Counted from the stretch's first letter, positions 8,789 through 19,875 are shown. The stretch: DNA of 64,000 nt from an uncultured Candidatus Saccharibacteria bacterium (GCA_964430945.1 CAYSHH010000005.1:334-64333); one strand, 5' to 3'. Notes: generated by a model from the letters alone, not told the origin. Made by a program: numbers and translations.

Positions 8789-10597
8789 ATGAAAAGTATT
8801 AGAAATATTGCAATTATTGCACACGTTGATCACGGGAAAACTACACTTGTAGATGGACTTTTAAAACAGTCCAATCTTTTTCGTGATAACCAAGCCGAAA
8901 TGTCTCAACATCTTATCATGGACTCCAACGATCAAGAACGTGAGAGAGGAATTACGATTCTTGCCAAAAATACATCTGTACATTACAAAGATGTAAAAAT
9001 AAATATTATTGATACCCCAGGACACGCTGACTTTGCAGGTGAGGTAGAAAGAACTCTCAATATGGCAGACGGGGCAATACTCGTAATTGATGCCAAAGAG
9101 GGTCCTATGCCTCAAACAAGATTTGTTCTAAAAAAAGCCCTTGAGCTTGGTCTTAAAATTATTGTAGTTGTAAATAAAATTGATAAAGACAATGCACAGG
9201 TACAAGACGTGATAAACAGAACCAATGATCTTTTTTTGGATTTAGCTCAAGACGAATCACAGCTCGATTTTCCAATATTTTTTTCTATCGCAAAAGCCGG
9301 AAAAGCATGGAGCGAAATGCCGACTGACTTCAATAGTAATGGTGATTTATTGGTAATTTTTGATGCAATTATTGAACACATACCGGAACCAAAGACAAAT
9401 CCAGAAGGAAATTTTCAAATGCTTGTATCAGCCCTTGACTGGGATGATTACTTGGGAAAATATGCAATTGGCAAAGTTACGCGCGGTATTGCCAAAGAGA
9501 AAATGGGAATATCGATAGTCAATCCCAATGGTGTTAAAGAAAGCACAACCATAGAAAGGCTTTTTATTAGCAATGGCCTTAAGCGTGAGCGAGTAACTGA
9601 AGCAAAACCAGGTGATATAGTATCGATTACTGGACTAAAAAATATTTCGATTGGTGACACTCTGGCCGATAGAAATAATCCGGAAGCATTACCTTCAATA
9701 AAAATTGCCGAACCGACACTTTCGATGTCTATATCAGCAAATACTTCTCCATTTGCTGGCCGCGAGGGTGAATTTGTAACCAGTAGACAAATCCTAGAAA
9801 GAATAGAGAAAGAACTTGAAACAAATGTTTCAATGAAAATGGAAGCAAGAGGTAATGAATATGTGGTTTCTGGACGAGGCGAATTACATCTGTCAGTATT
9901 TATTGAAAATCTAAGAAGAGAAGGATATGAACTCCAAGTTGGTCGTCCACAGGTGATCACGAAAAATATCGATGGCAAAGAATGCGAACCTCTTGAGGAA
10001 GTAACTGTCGAAGTATCAGCCGAATATGTAAACGCGATAGTAACAGAAATCATAAAACGACGTGGATCAATAATGTCCCAAGAACAACTTAGTGATGGAA
10101 ACAGTTTGGTAGTGGCTGAAATGACTACTCGTGCAACTTTGGGTCTACGAAGTGAACTCCTAACTGCATCGAAAGGAACAGCCGTAGTAAATAGTATATT
10201 TTTGAGATATGAACCAATCGGTGAAGCTTTGCCAAAATTGAGAAATGGTGTTTTGGTCGCATCAGAAGATGGAAAAGCTGTAACATACGGGCTAGACAAT
10301 GCTCAAGGCCGAGGAATTACTTTTATACCACCTCAAACTCAAGTTTATCGCGGTATGATTGTTGGACTTAATAAAAAAGAGAATGATCTGGATATAAATG
10401 TCGCCAAAGAGAAAAAACTTACCAACATTCGTTCTTCAAATGCCGATATCTCAGTAATACTTACACCACCTAAAATACTGTCGCTTGAAGAATGTATTGA
10501 TTTCTTGGCAGATGACGAACTTCTCGAAGTCACTCCGAAAAGTTTGAGACTTCGCAAAAAATTTCTTGATCCACTCCAAAGAAGACGTGCTAAATAA
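8789..10597 (+). CDS. typA: translational GTPase TypA/BipA
   Basis: IRNIAIIAHVDHGKTT, DTPGHADF, GRGELHL, DDELLEVTPKSLRLRK. Confidence 0.97.
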   Translation: MKSIRNIAIIAHVDHGKTTLVDGLLKQSNLFRDNQAEMSQHLIMDSNDQERERGITILAKNTSVHYKDVKINIIDTPGHADFAGEVERTLNMADGAILVIDAKEGPMPQTRFVLKKALELGLKIIVVVNKIDKDNAQVQDVINRTNDLFLDLAQDESQLDFPIFFSIAKAGKAWSEMPTDFNSNGDLLVIFDAIIEHIPEPKTNPEGNFQMLVSALDWDDYLGKYAIGKVTRGIAKEKMGISIVNPNGVKESTTIERLFISNGLKRERVTEAKPGDIVSITGLKNISIGDTLADRNNPEALPSIKIAEPTLSMSISANTSPFAGREGEFVTSRQILERIEKELETNVSMKMEARGNEYVVSGRGELHLSVFIENLRREGYELQVGRPQVITKNIDGKECEPLEEVTVEVSAEYVNAIVTEIIKRRGSIMSQEQLSDGNSLVVAEMTTRATLGLRSELLTASKGTAVVNSIFLRYEPIGEALPKLRNGVLVASEDGKAVTYGLDNAQGRGITFIPPQTQVYRGMIVGLNKKENDLDINVAKEKKLTNIRSSNADISVILTPPKILSLEECIDFLADDELLEVTPKSLRLRKKFLDPLQRRRAK

Positions 10598-10692
10598 TAT
10601 TTTCACTAATTGACGTATTGGTGTTTTTATGGTAATCTTCCAATGCGTTATTTTTGTGTGTTTAAAAAACTAAAAGAAAGAGGGACAAAAAT

Positions 10693-10998
10693 ATGACGAC
10701 ATGGTTTGAGACAACCCAAGACATCTTTGATTTTTTGGTGGAAACCAAGGGAATTATACCCAAGACAATTAAAGAATGTGAGGTACCACCGGTTTATAAT
10801 CTTTCTGATCTTCTAAGGCTTAGTCGCCCAAATATCACAGATGATGAAAGGCAGAGAATAACCAGCCAATATCCACCTCAGCAAGGCTATACGGCTAAAA
10901 ATAATGATGGAGAATCCGTAGAATTTGTTATCAGACCGTATATGCAAGGGTTTGATTGTATGATCATGCGTGGCAATAAATTTGCTACAAGATTATAA
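10693..10998 (+). CDS. hypothetical protein
   Basis: 101-aa ORF with own TTGACG-17-TAATCT promoter, AGAGGG RBS and terminator. Confidence 0.6.
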   Translation: MTTWFETTQDIFDFLVETKGIIPKTIKECEVPPVYNLSDLLRLSRPNITDDERQRITSQYPPQQGYTAKNNDGESVEFVIRPYMQGFDCMIMRGNKFATRL

Positions 10999-11014
10999 AT
11001 TTGACATTATATGC

Positions 11015-11044
11015 AAAAGCCGTTGGCAGAGCCAACGGCTTTTT
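11015..11044. terminator. bidirectional terminator
   Basis: AAAAGCCGTTGGC-aga-GCCAACGGCTTTT between convergent genes. Confidence 0.8.
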
Positions 11045-11107
11045 AAGTTGATCGAAAAATATTGTTTGATAAAATTAAGTCATCTTGTCTGTTTAAGATA
11101 AAGCGTG

Positions 11108-12505
11108 CTAACAAATTACATGCTTGGCAGATGATTTTTTAAGTTCACCTTCTGTTCTCTTTCCGCCAAGTATTTTACATGCTTCTATGATGTCATCGTA
11201 GAGAATATTTGCCATATCACGAGAAAAGTTCTCTTTGACAACCATGCGCATAATAGTAATGGGGTCTGCCTTGGGTGGTAAAGTGTAAGCCGGTATTATC
11301 CAGCCGCGTTCACGAAGCTTGTTCGATAAATCAAAAAGCGTAAATTTTTCTTTACTTTTAAGTTTTACTGCGACAACTGGCAAAAGTTGAGTCGGATTTA
11401 AAGTATCAAAGAGCTCAGTCTCCATAAGACGTTTTGAGAGATATTGAGCATTCTCAATAACATTTTCAGCGATACGAGTATAACCCTCTTTGCCAAGACG
11501 AAGAAAATTGTAATATTGCGCAATGACCATCGACGATCCACGTGAAAAATTAAGAGTATATGTCGGCATTTGACCACCAAGATAATTCACTGTAAAAACA
11601 ATATCATCAGGTACATCAGTTTCATCACGAAACACTAGCCAACCAATACCTGGGTAAACCAGGCCATATTTATGCCCAGAAACATTTATAGATTTAACCT
11701 GTTCAAGCCTAAAATCCCATTCAACATCAGGATAAACGAATGGTGCAATAAATCCACCCGACGCACCATCAACATGGATTGGAATATCCCATCCTTTTTC
11801 TGTTTTTACTTTGAGTAGATAATTGTTGATACCCTTAATATCATCATATTGACCTGTAAATGTAGTACCTAAAATCGCACCGACACAGATAGTGTTTTCA
11901 TCAACGCGTCGAGAAATTTCTTTTGGTCCAATTGTATAGCGACCTATTTCCATGGGTATAATACGTGCTTCAACATCAAAATACTTGGCAAATTTTTCCC
12001 AACAGACATGAACATCTGCACCAAAAACTATATTTGGTTTATCAAATTTTTTGCCAGTCTTTTTTCTTTTATTGATCCATGTCCATTTATGTGCCAAGAG
12101 TCCAAGCATTATTGCTTCTGATGAACCAATTGTGGCAGTACCTACTGATTTCTTATCCTGAGGAGCTCTAAAAAGTCGAGCCATCATGTTAACTACCCTC
12201 TGATGAATAACTTCGGTTTGAGGATATTCGTCGTGATCTATAAAATTTTTATTGATATTTTCTGCGATAAGTTTATTGGCCTCTGGCTCCATCCAAGTAG
12301 TACAAAAACTAGCTAGATTTAACGATTGGTTACCGTCCATATTGAGTTCATCATGAACTAATTGATAAGCAGCATTTGCTGGTATAGTATGTTCTGGCAT
12401 CTCATACTTGGGGATAGCCTGATGAAAATATCTCTCCGAATAAGTTGATGAATGGCCTTGTTCCTGAGGTTCGAGATCGTCAAGATTTCTTTTTTGAATT
12501 AACAT
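11108..12505 (-). CDS. gadB: glutamate decarboxylase (PLP-dependent)
   Basis: [39 protein letters not shown] (PLP lysine), TLNFSR. Confidence 0.93.
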   Translation of the reverse strand: MLIQKRNLDDLEPQEQGHSSTYSERYFHQAIPKYEMPEHTIPANAAYQLVHDELNMDGNQSLNLASFCTTWMEPEANKLIAENINKNFIDHDEYPQTEVIHQRVVNMMARLFRAPQDKKSVGTATIGSSEAIMLGLLAHKWTWINKRKKTGKKFDKPNIVFGADVHVCWEKFAKYFDVEARIIPMEIGRYTIGPKEISRRVDENTICVGAILGTTFTGQYDDIKGINNYLLKVKTEKGWDIPIHVDGASGGFIAPFVYPDVEWDFRLEQVKSINVSGHKYGLVYPGIGWLVFRDETDVPDDIVFTVNYLGGQMPTYTLNFSRGSSMVIAQYYNFLRLGKEGYTRIAENVIENAQYLSKRLMETELFDTLNPTQLLPVVAVKLKSKEKFTLFDLSNKLRERGWIIPAYTLPPKADPITIMRMVVKENFSRDMANILYDDIIEACKILGGKRTEGELKKSSAKHVIC

Positions 12506-12555
12506 AATAATTCCCCTTGTTAAATACAAATTTAAGACTTTTATTTTATTTAAAC

Positions 12556-12717
12556 TTATTTGTAACGATACCGGATAAATTCCATCTCACGATAAGTATA
12601 TTTGTCTTTACTAGCAAGTGAATACTGGGTGAGAGTGATAAACAAGAGAATCATGATTAGGAAAATAAACGCAAGCAAAGTAAGAGTAATAAAACTCCAT
12701 TCGTTTTTACTTAACAT
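12556..12717 (-). CDS. 53-aa single-pass membrane protein in gad operon
   Basis: Manual: [53 protein letters not shown]; GAGG RBS; overlaps gadC stop. Confidence 0.55.
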   Translation of the reverse strand: MLSKNEWSFITLTLLAFIFLIMILLFITLTQYSLASKDKYTYREMEFIRYRYK

Positions 12718-14128
12718 TTAATACCTCTCTTTCTTTTTGTGTGGGCTTCCAACTTGATTTTCTAAAGTGATAGATAATCAGTGGAATAGAACACATCACA
12801 ATAATACCTGTGGCTAAAAATATATGATACATGGTCAATCCCCGACCGTCTAATGGTTGTGGTGGTACAAAACCAATACCGATTGCAAATATTGCAGTCA
12901 AAAGCCCGACGCCTGCTACTATCCACATACCGGCATTCCCGCCAGGAACTTTGAACGCTCTTTCTACATATGCGCGAGTATAACGAAGACGAATTGCAGA
13001 TATAAACATAAGAATATACATGACCAAATACAACTGTACCGTAAGTGCCGATAAAATCCAAAACGAACTAGAGACTGAAGGCATGAAAAGAAAAACCATA
13101 GATACTAAAGTTACAATAACACCTTGGAAGTATAAAATATTTACTTGTACACCATTTTTGTTGATACGTTGGAAAAATTTCGGTAAATTTCCTTCATCAG
13201 CAGTACTAAGAAGTGATTTCGAAGGTCCAGCAATCCAGGTCGAAACTTGAGCAACCATTCCGGGGGCTGCAAAAAGGGCAAGGATTGGGACTAACCATTT
13301 TAGACCCAATGCGGTGTAAACTTTCATGAATGTTTGCATAATACCTGCTGTAAGAGAAATTTCCTCTGCTGGAAGTATAACTGCAATAGAAAGTGCGCCA
13401 AGCATAAATATAGCAATAATTATTATTGCTGAAATCAATATCGCTTTTGGATAATCTTTCTGAGGATTTTCGACTTCTTGAGCGTGGGTGGCTGAAACTT
13501 CCATGCCAGCAAAGAAAAGTATCAGACCGGAAAAGAAAACTATATTTTGAGTATTGAAAGTAGGTACAAATGATTGCCAATCGAAGCTAATCTCAGATGG
13601 ATGACCAGTGGCAACCCAAACGATTGCAGTAATAACAATGATTCCAAACGGGATAATTACACCGGATATTGTACCAATCTTGGTAAGGGCAGCTGAGGCT
13701 TTAAGACCTCTGAAGTTCCAAAATGTTGCTCCCCAATAGATAAATAAAATTATAAACATCGTAAAATAAGGATTATCAGCAAGGACTGGATCATTGAAAA
13801 GATAAGCAATAACTGCTGCTGTTGCAGCAAGTGCAGTAGGATAAAAAACTAGATTTTGAGCCCATTGAAGCCAAGTAGCTGTGAAACCCCATTTTTGACC
13901 CAGGGCTTCTTTGACCCATACGTAAATACCGCCTCGTTTTGGCCAGCCAGTTGCAAGTTCGGCTGACACGAGCGATGATGGTACAAGAAATAATAATACA
14001 GCCAACAAAAGAAAGAAAACAATCGAAGTACCATATTCAGCCATCATTGGAAGACCACGAAGCGAACAAATCAAGGCAACGTTAATCATCACAATACCAA
14101 ACATGGTAAGAACTTTTTTCTTAGACAT
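12707..14128 (-). CDS. gadC: APC-family glutamate:GABA antiporter
   Basis: About 12 TM, SLRGLP, AELAT, GGIYVWV, FAGME, PQKDYPKAI; adjacent to gadB. Confidence 0.85.
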   Translation of the reverse strand: MSKKKVLTMFGIVMINVALICSLRGLPMMAEYGTSIVFFLLLAVLLFLVPSSLVSAELATGWPKRGGIYVWVKEALGQKWGFTATWLQWAQNLVFYPTALAATAAVIAYLFNDPVLADNPYFTMFIILFIYWGATFWNFRGLKASAALTKIGTISGVIIPFGIIVITAIVWVATGHPSEISFDWQSFVPTFNTQNIVFFSGLILFFAGMEVSATHAQEVENPQKDYPKAILISAIIIIAIFMLGALSIAVILPAEEISLTAGIMQTFMKVYTALGLKWLVPILALFAAPGMVAQVSTWIAGPSKSLLSTADEGNLPKFFQRINKNGVQVNILYFQGVIVTLVSMVFLFMPSVSSSFWILSALTVQLYLVMYILMFISAIRLRYTRAYVERAFKVPGGNAGMWIVAGVGLLTAIFAIGIGFVPPQPLDGRGLTMYHIFLATGIIVMCSIPLIIYHFRKSSWKPTQKEREVLNVK

Positions 14129-14208
14129 GTAACCCCTCCTTAAATAATAAGATCTAATAATTTAATCGTTTTTTTTATTATATCAAAAATTGATTTAATT
14201 TGAGAACT

Positions 14209-15423
14209 TTATTCGTACCGTAAGGCATCAATGGGATTCAATTTGGCTGCTTTTCGAGCCGGATAATATCCAAAGATTATTCCAATAATTGTAGCAATAC
14301 CAACTGATATTAAGATTGAAGAAGTTTTTACAATAAAGGGGATTCCTAGTGCATTTGATCCTAAATATGCCGCAAATATCCCAATAGCCGTACCAATAAA
14401 TCCACCCGTTAAAGTCACAACGATAGCTTCTATCAAAAATTGGACAAGAATATTTTTATTGGTTGCACCAATTGCTTTTAGAAGCCCAATCTCGCGAGTT
14501 CGCTCAGTGACAATAACCATCATAATATTCATGATACCTATGCCTCCTACAAGCAAAGAAATAGCTGCAATAATCGCTAATATCATGGTTAGTGTCCCAG
14601 TGATACTCGTCAAAGTCGAAACCATTTCTTGAGCACTTCTAATGTTGAAATCTGCATCATCAGAACTAACAATGCCATGTTGCTTGAGCATAAAATTTTC
14701 AAGATTTGCAATTGTGTTTTCTACTATTTCGGAGTCAGTTGCAAGAATAATAATACTACTTGGTTCATCAACTCCAAACGCAATCTTCATTGCAGTATTT
14801 AAAGGTATAAAAATCGATTCATCGGGGTTGTTAAAACTACTTTCACCAACTTCGTTTAATAGTCCTACGATTTTATAATTTGTTGAATCAATTTTTATTT
14901 TTTGACCAACAGGATTCACTCCTTCACCGAATAGGTCTTCGGCTACTGTATACCCAATTACAGCAATTCTTGATAAGCTATTTTCCTGCGAAGAGCTAAT
15001 AAAGCTTCCGTTTTTCATACTCAACCCGTAGATATCTAAATAATTAGCTTGGACGCCAAGAATAGTTGATGTTGTAGATAGTTTGTTGGCAGCAACCGTT
15101 TTTGAGCTACTGACGGTGGCTGTGATATCATCAATATTTTCGATATTGGATTTTTTAATTGCTTCCATATCATCCATCGTGAGACTATCAGAACTTCCAG
15201 ACATTACTGGACCTGATCTTTGTTTGGCTCCAGAAATGGTAATAATATTTGTTCCCAATCCAGAAACCTGATCCACAACAGATTGGGTAGCACCATCTCC
15301 GACAGCAATAATGGCGATAACTGCTGCGATACCGATAATGATACCAAGCATAGTCAATATTGTTCTGAATAGATTACTTCTTAGTGAATTGAAAGCTAGG
15401 ATTATTAGTTCTTTGGTATTCAT
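14209..15423 (-). CDS. MacB-type ABC permease
   Basis: RTILTMLGIIIG, GGIGIMNIM..ERTREIG..KAIGA, PARKAAKLNPIDALRYE. Confidence 0.93.
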   Translation of the reverse strand: MNTKELIILAFNSLRSNLFRTILTMLGIIIGIAAVIAIIAVGDGATQSVVDQVSGLGTNIITISGAKQRSGPVMSGSSDSLTMDDMEAIKKSNIENIDDITATVSSSKTVAANKLSTTSTILGVQANYLDIYGLSMKNGSFISSSQENSLSRIAVIGYTVAEDLFGEGVNPVGQKIKIDSTNYKIVGLLNEVGESSFNNPDESIFIPLNTAMKIAFGVDEPSSIIILATDSEIVENTIANLENFMLKQHGIVSSDDADFNIRSAQEMVSTLTSITGTLTMILAIIAAISLLVGGIGIMNIMMVIVTERTREIGLLKAIGATNKNILVQFLIEAIVVTLTGGFIGTAIGIFAAYLGSNALGIPFIVKTSSILISVGIATIIGIIFGYYPARKAAKLNPIDALRYE

Positions 15424-16127
15424 GCTTGTTTATTTCTTATATCATTAATAATTTTTCCGTCACGCAATTCTATAATTCGTGATGCGTATTTTGCAATATC
15501 CTCCTCGTGAGTTATCAATATCACAGTATTTCCTTGCTTATTTAATTCTTGAATAAATTGCATAACTTCGTGAGACGTTGTAGTGGGTAAATTACCAGTA
15601 GGCTCGTCAGCTAGGAGAATTGATGGATGCATAATGAGTGCACGCGCCACAGCAACACGTTGGATTTGACCTCCGGAAAGCTGGTTTGAGAGATTGTCAA
15701 CTTTATTTTCTAGTCCAACCACTTTCAGAACTTCCATAATTCTTTTTCTTCTAACGTCCGCTGGAATGTTTGCATAAAACATAGGGCGTTCAATATTTTT
15801 ATAAACAGATGTTTTTTTCAAAAGATTGAAACTTTGAAAAATGAACCCAATTTCTTTATTTCTGATGTGAGCTCTTTCGTCTTCATCATATTTGCTAATT
15901 TCTTTTTGATTGAGATAATACTGGCCAGATGTTGGGTCATCTAAAAGTCCAATAATATTCATAAGAGTTGATTTCCCTGATCCCGATGCACCAATGATGG
16001 CAACAAATTCACCTCTTTTAATATCGAAATCAACCAGTTTTAGTGCTTCAAACTTCACGTCTCCTGTCACATATGTTTTTCCAATATGTTTTAAAGAAAT
16101 TATAGTATCATCGGTGTGGTTTTTCAT
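15420..16127 (-). CDS. MacB/LolD-type ABC ATP-binding protein
   Basis: GASGSGKST, LSGGQIQRV, LADEPTGNL. Confidence 0.93.
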   Translation of the reverse strand: MKNHTDDTIISLKHIGKTYVTGDVKFEALKLVDFDIKRGEFVAIIGASGSGKSTLMNIIGLLDDPTSGQYYLNQKEISKYDEDERAHIRNKEIGFIFQSFNLLKKTSVYKNIERPMFYANIPADVRRKRIMEVLKVVGLENKVDNLSNQLSGGQIQRVAVARALIMHPSILLADEPTGNLPTTTSHEVMQFIQELNKQGNTVILITHEEDIAKYASRIIELRDGKIINDIRNKQA

Positions 16128-16153
16128 GTTCAGATAATTATATTAATAATTTT

Positions 16154-17485
16154 TTAATTTTGTGCTGGTGGACCGCCCTGTCCGCCATCCATAATGCCAC
16201 CACCAAGAGAGAAACCAGAACCAGAGTTTGAGCTACTAGAAGATGTGGTAGCAGTTTTATGTTCAAGCGCTACAATATCACCTTCATTGAGACCTGACGT
16301 AATTTCAGTATATGTATCTCCGACAAGACCAGTCTCAATATTTGTCTTGGCTACTTCGCCAGTTTGACTATTGTATTTGAGTACGTATTGTTGATTATTA
16401 AATGTCTGAATATAATCGTTTGAAATCATGAGAATGCCTTCTGCTTTTTCGGTTTCAATATCAACAGTTGCCGACATAGCTGGCTTGATCTTATCGTCAG
16501 CATTTGTGATCTTTGTATGAACGTCAAACAGCACTAAACCAGAATCGCTACTACCGACATCATCGATTGCATATACTTCTCCTTCATAATCCTTGTCGCT
16601 AATAGCATCTAGAGTGATTGTTGCTTTTTGGCCGATTTTAATTTTATCCAGATCAACTTCATTGATGGATATATCGACAGTTACATCACCAGATTGTTTA
16701 AGCATAAGTACGCTACTTCCACTAGAAGTTGATGAAGATGATGTGCTACTAGTAGAACTACCATTAGATGAACCACTGACTTCTTGTCCAACAACCAAAG
16801 AAAAATTTGTTACAGTTCCTGCAACAGGGGCTTTAACTATCCCGCTTGTCAGCTGATCATATGAATACCAAGAAGCGTTGTATTTGGCCTGTGCTGATGC
16901 TATCTCATTGCCCAAATTGTTATAATCGTTATCAGCTTTTGCAAGATTTAATTTTGCAATTGAAAGATCCGATTCAAGTGCATTTTTTTCATTTTCAGAA
17001 TATTTATCCGGATTATCATTTTTATCGTCAACTTTATCTTGCGCCATATACACTGATTTCTTTGCTGATTCGATATTTGCCTCATATGTAGTACCTTTTT
17101 GTTTGGCCTCGTTTAAGGAATTTTTTGCTGTAATATAGTTTGAGTAAGCTGTTGCTATTTCTTCATCGGTTGCAATTGAGTCAACTTTGAATAATTGTTG
17201 ATCTTTGGAAACAGCATCGCCATTTGACACGTATATTTCTTTTACGACCCCAGAGACTGAACTAGTAACTTCATATAGGGAAGAACTGGATATTGTTCCT
17301 GATTCAGAAATTGAATTTGCAATATCGCCTTTTTCAATCGGGGACGTTGTATAGCTAGCAACTTCCTTGCCTGTACCAGTAAAAAAATAAAAATATGTAA
17401 GTATTAAGATGATTATAATACCACCGATAGCAATAAATTTATTATAGTTTTTTTTATGTTTAGTGTGTGTCTCATTTTCAATCAT
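16154..17485 (-). CDS. MacA/HlyD-like periplasmic adaptor subunit
   Basis: N-terminal TM, lipoyl-like halves flanking a coiled coil, EITSGLNEGD. Confidence 0.85.
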   Translation of the reverse strand: MIENETHTKHKKNYNKFIAIGGIIIILILTYFYFFTGTGKEVASYTTSPIEKGDIANSISESGTISSSSLYEVTSSVSGVVKEIYVSNGDAVSKDQQLFKVDSIATDEEIATAYSNYITAKNSLNEAKQKGTTYEANIESAKKSVYMAQDKVDDKNDNPDKYSENEKNALESDLSIAKLNLAKADNDYNNLGNEIASAQAKYNASWYSYDQLTSGIVKAPVAGTVTNFSLVVGQEVSGSSNGSSTSSTSSSSTSSGSSVLMLKQSGDVTVDISINEVDLDKIKIGQKATITLDAISDKDYEGEVYAIDDVGSSDSGLVLFDVHTKITNADDKIKPAMSATVDIETEKAEGILMISNDYIQTFNNQQYVLKYNSQTGEVAKTNIETGLVGDTYTEITSGLNEGDIVALEHKTATTSSSSSNSGSGFSLGGGIMDGGQGGPPAQN

Positions 17486-17498
17486 AATATTCCTTTAA

Positions 17499-17819
17499 TT
17501 AATTACTTGTCATTCCTTGATCTGATCCGGGTGGCATACCACCGGTTGGTCTATTTTGCATCATTTGTTGTCTTTCTTCGTCCGTCATATTGTCCATCTT
17601 TTCACGCATCGCTTCGCGCTCAGCGTCAGTCATGTTGGCCCCAGGTCCTCTATCGGCTGGTGATTCTATACCAAGGAGGTTCATAACACCTTGATTGTTG
17701 GATTTAACCAATTGCCTCATGGTAATCATAGTACCGAGAACCAATATTAAGCATGCAATAACCCAGAACCACCATAATTTATAAAATGGTTTGTCAGATG
17801 TATTTACTGTTTTTTCCAT
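17499..17819 (-). CDS. hypothetical membrane-anchored protein
   Basis: KPFYKLWWFW TM followed by M(T)D(A/E)ER repeats. Confidence 0.65.
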   Translation of the reverse strand: MEKTVNTSDKPFYKLWWFWVIACLILVLGTMITMRQLVKSNNQGVMNLLGIESPADRGPGANMTDAEREAMREKMDNMTDEERQQMMQNRPTGGMPPGSDQGMTSN

Positions 17820-17886
17820 AATTGAACCTTTCTTTTTTTATATATAAATAAAGTCTTCTACGAATAAGAAGCTTTTCTGAACAATA

Positions 17887-17914
17887 ATTACAATAAAAAA
17901 AAATATTTAGTTCA
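17887..17914 (-). promoter_or_regulatory. putative ECF promoter of mac-like operon
   Basis: TGAACT-N16-TGTAAT on minus strand. Confidence 0.6.
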
Positions 17915-17916
17915 AG

Positions 17917-17944
17917 TGTACTAAAGTAACATCTTTCGTGTATT
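17917..17944 (+). promoter_or_regulatory. putative ECF autoregulatory promoter
   Basis: TGTACT-N16-TGTATT. Confidence 0.65.
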
Positions 17945-17955
17945 ATATAGTATGC

Positions 17956-18516
17956 ATGAGTAAAAAAATGTCTGATGAAAAGCTGGCAAGTCTAAGCTTA
18001 AATGAAGAAAAATATTTCGAGGAAATAATTGAAAGATACACAGAAAAAATCAGAAGATATGTTGCCCGATTGATTGGCAACTGGCAGGAATCGGAGGATA
18101 TAACACAAGAAGTATTCATTAAGGCTTATGAAAATATCGCATCGTTTAATCCAAAAATGCGCTTTTCTTCTTGGGTATATAGGATTGCTCACAACGAAAG
18201 TGTCAACTTTATTAAAAAACACTATAAAACGCAAAACGTTGAATTTAATGACGAGGTTAAGAATAGGTTTCACGAAGACAACGAAGCACTATCAAAAATT
18301 TTTCAAAATGAAAATAAGTCCCTCGTCCGCGGTGGGCTTTTTAGCTTAAATGAGACTGACAGAGAAATATTAGAACTTTATTATTTTGAAGAAAAGTCAT
18401 ACCTCGAAATAGCTGATATATTGGAAATAAGTATCAATTCCGTAGGTCCCAAGATTAAACGTGCAAAAGACAAACTCAAAAATATTATCAAAAAACAGAA
18501 TCAATTAATTATATAA
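17956..18516 (+). CDS. ECF RNA polymerase sigma factor
   Basis: EDITQEVFIKAY, FSSWVYRIAHN, region 4 SYLEIADILEIS; likely start MSKKMS. Confidence 0.92.
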   Translation: MSKKMSDEKLASLSLNEEKYFEEIIERYTEKIRRYVARLIGNWQESEDITQEVFIKAYENIASFNPKMRFSSWVYRIAHNESVNFIKKHYKTQNVEFNDEVKNRFHEDNEALSKIFQNENKSLVRGGLFSLNETDREILELYYFEEKSYLEIADILEISINSVGPKIKRAKDKLKNIIKKQNQLII

Positions 18517-18546
18517 ATAATTAATAAAAGAAATATATTGTAAATT

Positions 18547-19311
18547 ATGAGTAAGTTATCAGAAAAAATTAAATCGAAGTTAAAGAATGTCAAACCAAAA
18601 CCAAAATGGCAATTTGTGGGTTATGAACTAGCCAAAGAAATTGTATTGGTATTGCTTTGGATTTTAGCTGTCGTCGGTGTTGGCATGGTGATATACATTG
18701 TATCTCATCAAAATCCTTGGGAGTTTTTACCTCCAAAAACTATTTTTTGGAATGGGCTTATTGGGCTGCCATGGGAAATGATCGCAATACTAGCAGCTTT
18801 GATATTTATAATATTCTTAATAACTAGAAAGATAAGTTTTGTTTATAGAAATAATTCTTGGGTTATACTTATCCTCATATGTAGCTCTGTTGCAGCTGGA
18901 TATTTTATAATTGAAAAAACTGGTCTCAATGAACAGCTTAGCAATATTCAAATGGCTGAAGAAATATATATGAGAGGTGGAAAATTCATTGCACCGGACC
19001 GAGGCCCAGTACTTATTGGTAGAATCGAAAATATTAAAAACCCTAAATCATTATGGATTGTGCGCGATATGTTCAGTAACGACTGGAATGTAATTATTAC
19101 TGAAGATACACGCTTTCCGCTCAGGGCTCAATTTAATGAGGGAAACTTAGTTAAAATTGATGGTATAAAAAATAATCATACTATAGAAGCTTTCGCAATA
19201 GATGGACTCAATGAGGAAGCTAGGGGCTTTAAACATGGGTGGAAAATTAAGATCCATATCGCACCGCAAGAAAAGCCACTAATTGACGAGAACAACAATG
19301 TACTAAATTAA
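18547..19311 (+). CDS. membrane protein, putative anti-sigma factor with C-terminal OB-like domain
   Basis: Directly after ECF; three TM segments plus small beta domain. Confidence 0.55.
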   Translation: MSKLSEKIKSKLKNVKPKPKWQFVGYELAKEIVLVLLWILAVVGVGMVIYIVSHQNPWEFLPPKTIFWNGLIGLPWEMIAILAALIFIIFLITRKISFVYRNNSWVILILICSSVAAGYFIIEKTGLNEQLSNIQMAEEIYMRGGKFIAPDRGPVLIGRIENIKNPKSLWIVRDMFSNDWNVIITEDTRFPLRAQFNEGNLVKIDGIKNNHTIEAFAIDGLNEEARGFKHGWKIKIHIAPQEKPLIDENNNVLN

Positions 19312-19326
19312 AATTAGGGTTGTAAT
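19299..19326 (+). promoter_or_regulatory. putative ECF promoter
   Basis: TGTACT-N16-TGTAAT upstream of ORF 19416. Confidence 0.6.
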
Positions 19327-19415
19327 ACTTATTGAAGCTCGAGCGGACATAAAAAATTAAAGACTATCTTAACAATAGTTTTTAAAAATAAAAGCTAATA
19401 TCAATAAGGAAACAA

Positions 19416-19838
19416 ATGAATAAAGTATCAAAAATAGCAATCTTAGGTTCTGCACTTGCCATCGTTGGAACACTTGGCTATACAGCATTCGCAGCTAATA
19501 CCAACGATGCAAATGGTAACGGAAGACAAAACATGTTAGACAATGCGGTTCAAAACGGTGTTATCGATGAAACAACTAAAAATAATCTAGAAGCATTCAA
19601 TCATGAACAAATGCAAAATGAAATGAACGATATGATAAAAACAAAACTAAGTAACTCGGTAACTGACGGAACGATCACACAAGAAGAATCTGATACAATC
19701 CAATCCTGGTACGATGCCAAACCGGAAGCAGTCAGCAAATTAAAAGGATTGGGGTTTGGTGAAATGGGTAGATTTGGCAGCAAAGGTCACGGAATGGGAA
19801 ATCCCAATGATAATACTGTAAATACAGAGACTCAATAA
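19416..19838 (+). CDS. secreted hypothetical protein
   Basis: Signal peptide ending AFA; repeated AVxxGxI motif (AVQNGVI, SVTDGTITQEE). Confidence 0.7.
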   Translation: MNKVSKIAILGSALAIVGTLGYTAFAANTNDANGNGRQNMLDNAVQNGVIDETTKNNLEAFNHEQMQNEMNDMIKTKLSNSVTDGTITQEESDTIQSWYDAKPEAVSKLKGLGFGEMGRFGSKGHGMGNPNDNTVNTETQ

Positions 19839-19875
19839 TTAATTTTATAGACCAGTAGAACAAGATACCATGCAT

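Noticed and set aside
9448-10299. 283-aa antisense ORF inside typA, and other antisense or nested ORFs in the track
   Set aside because: Shadow frames of confident genes, with no motifs or RBS
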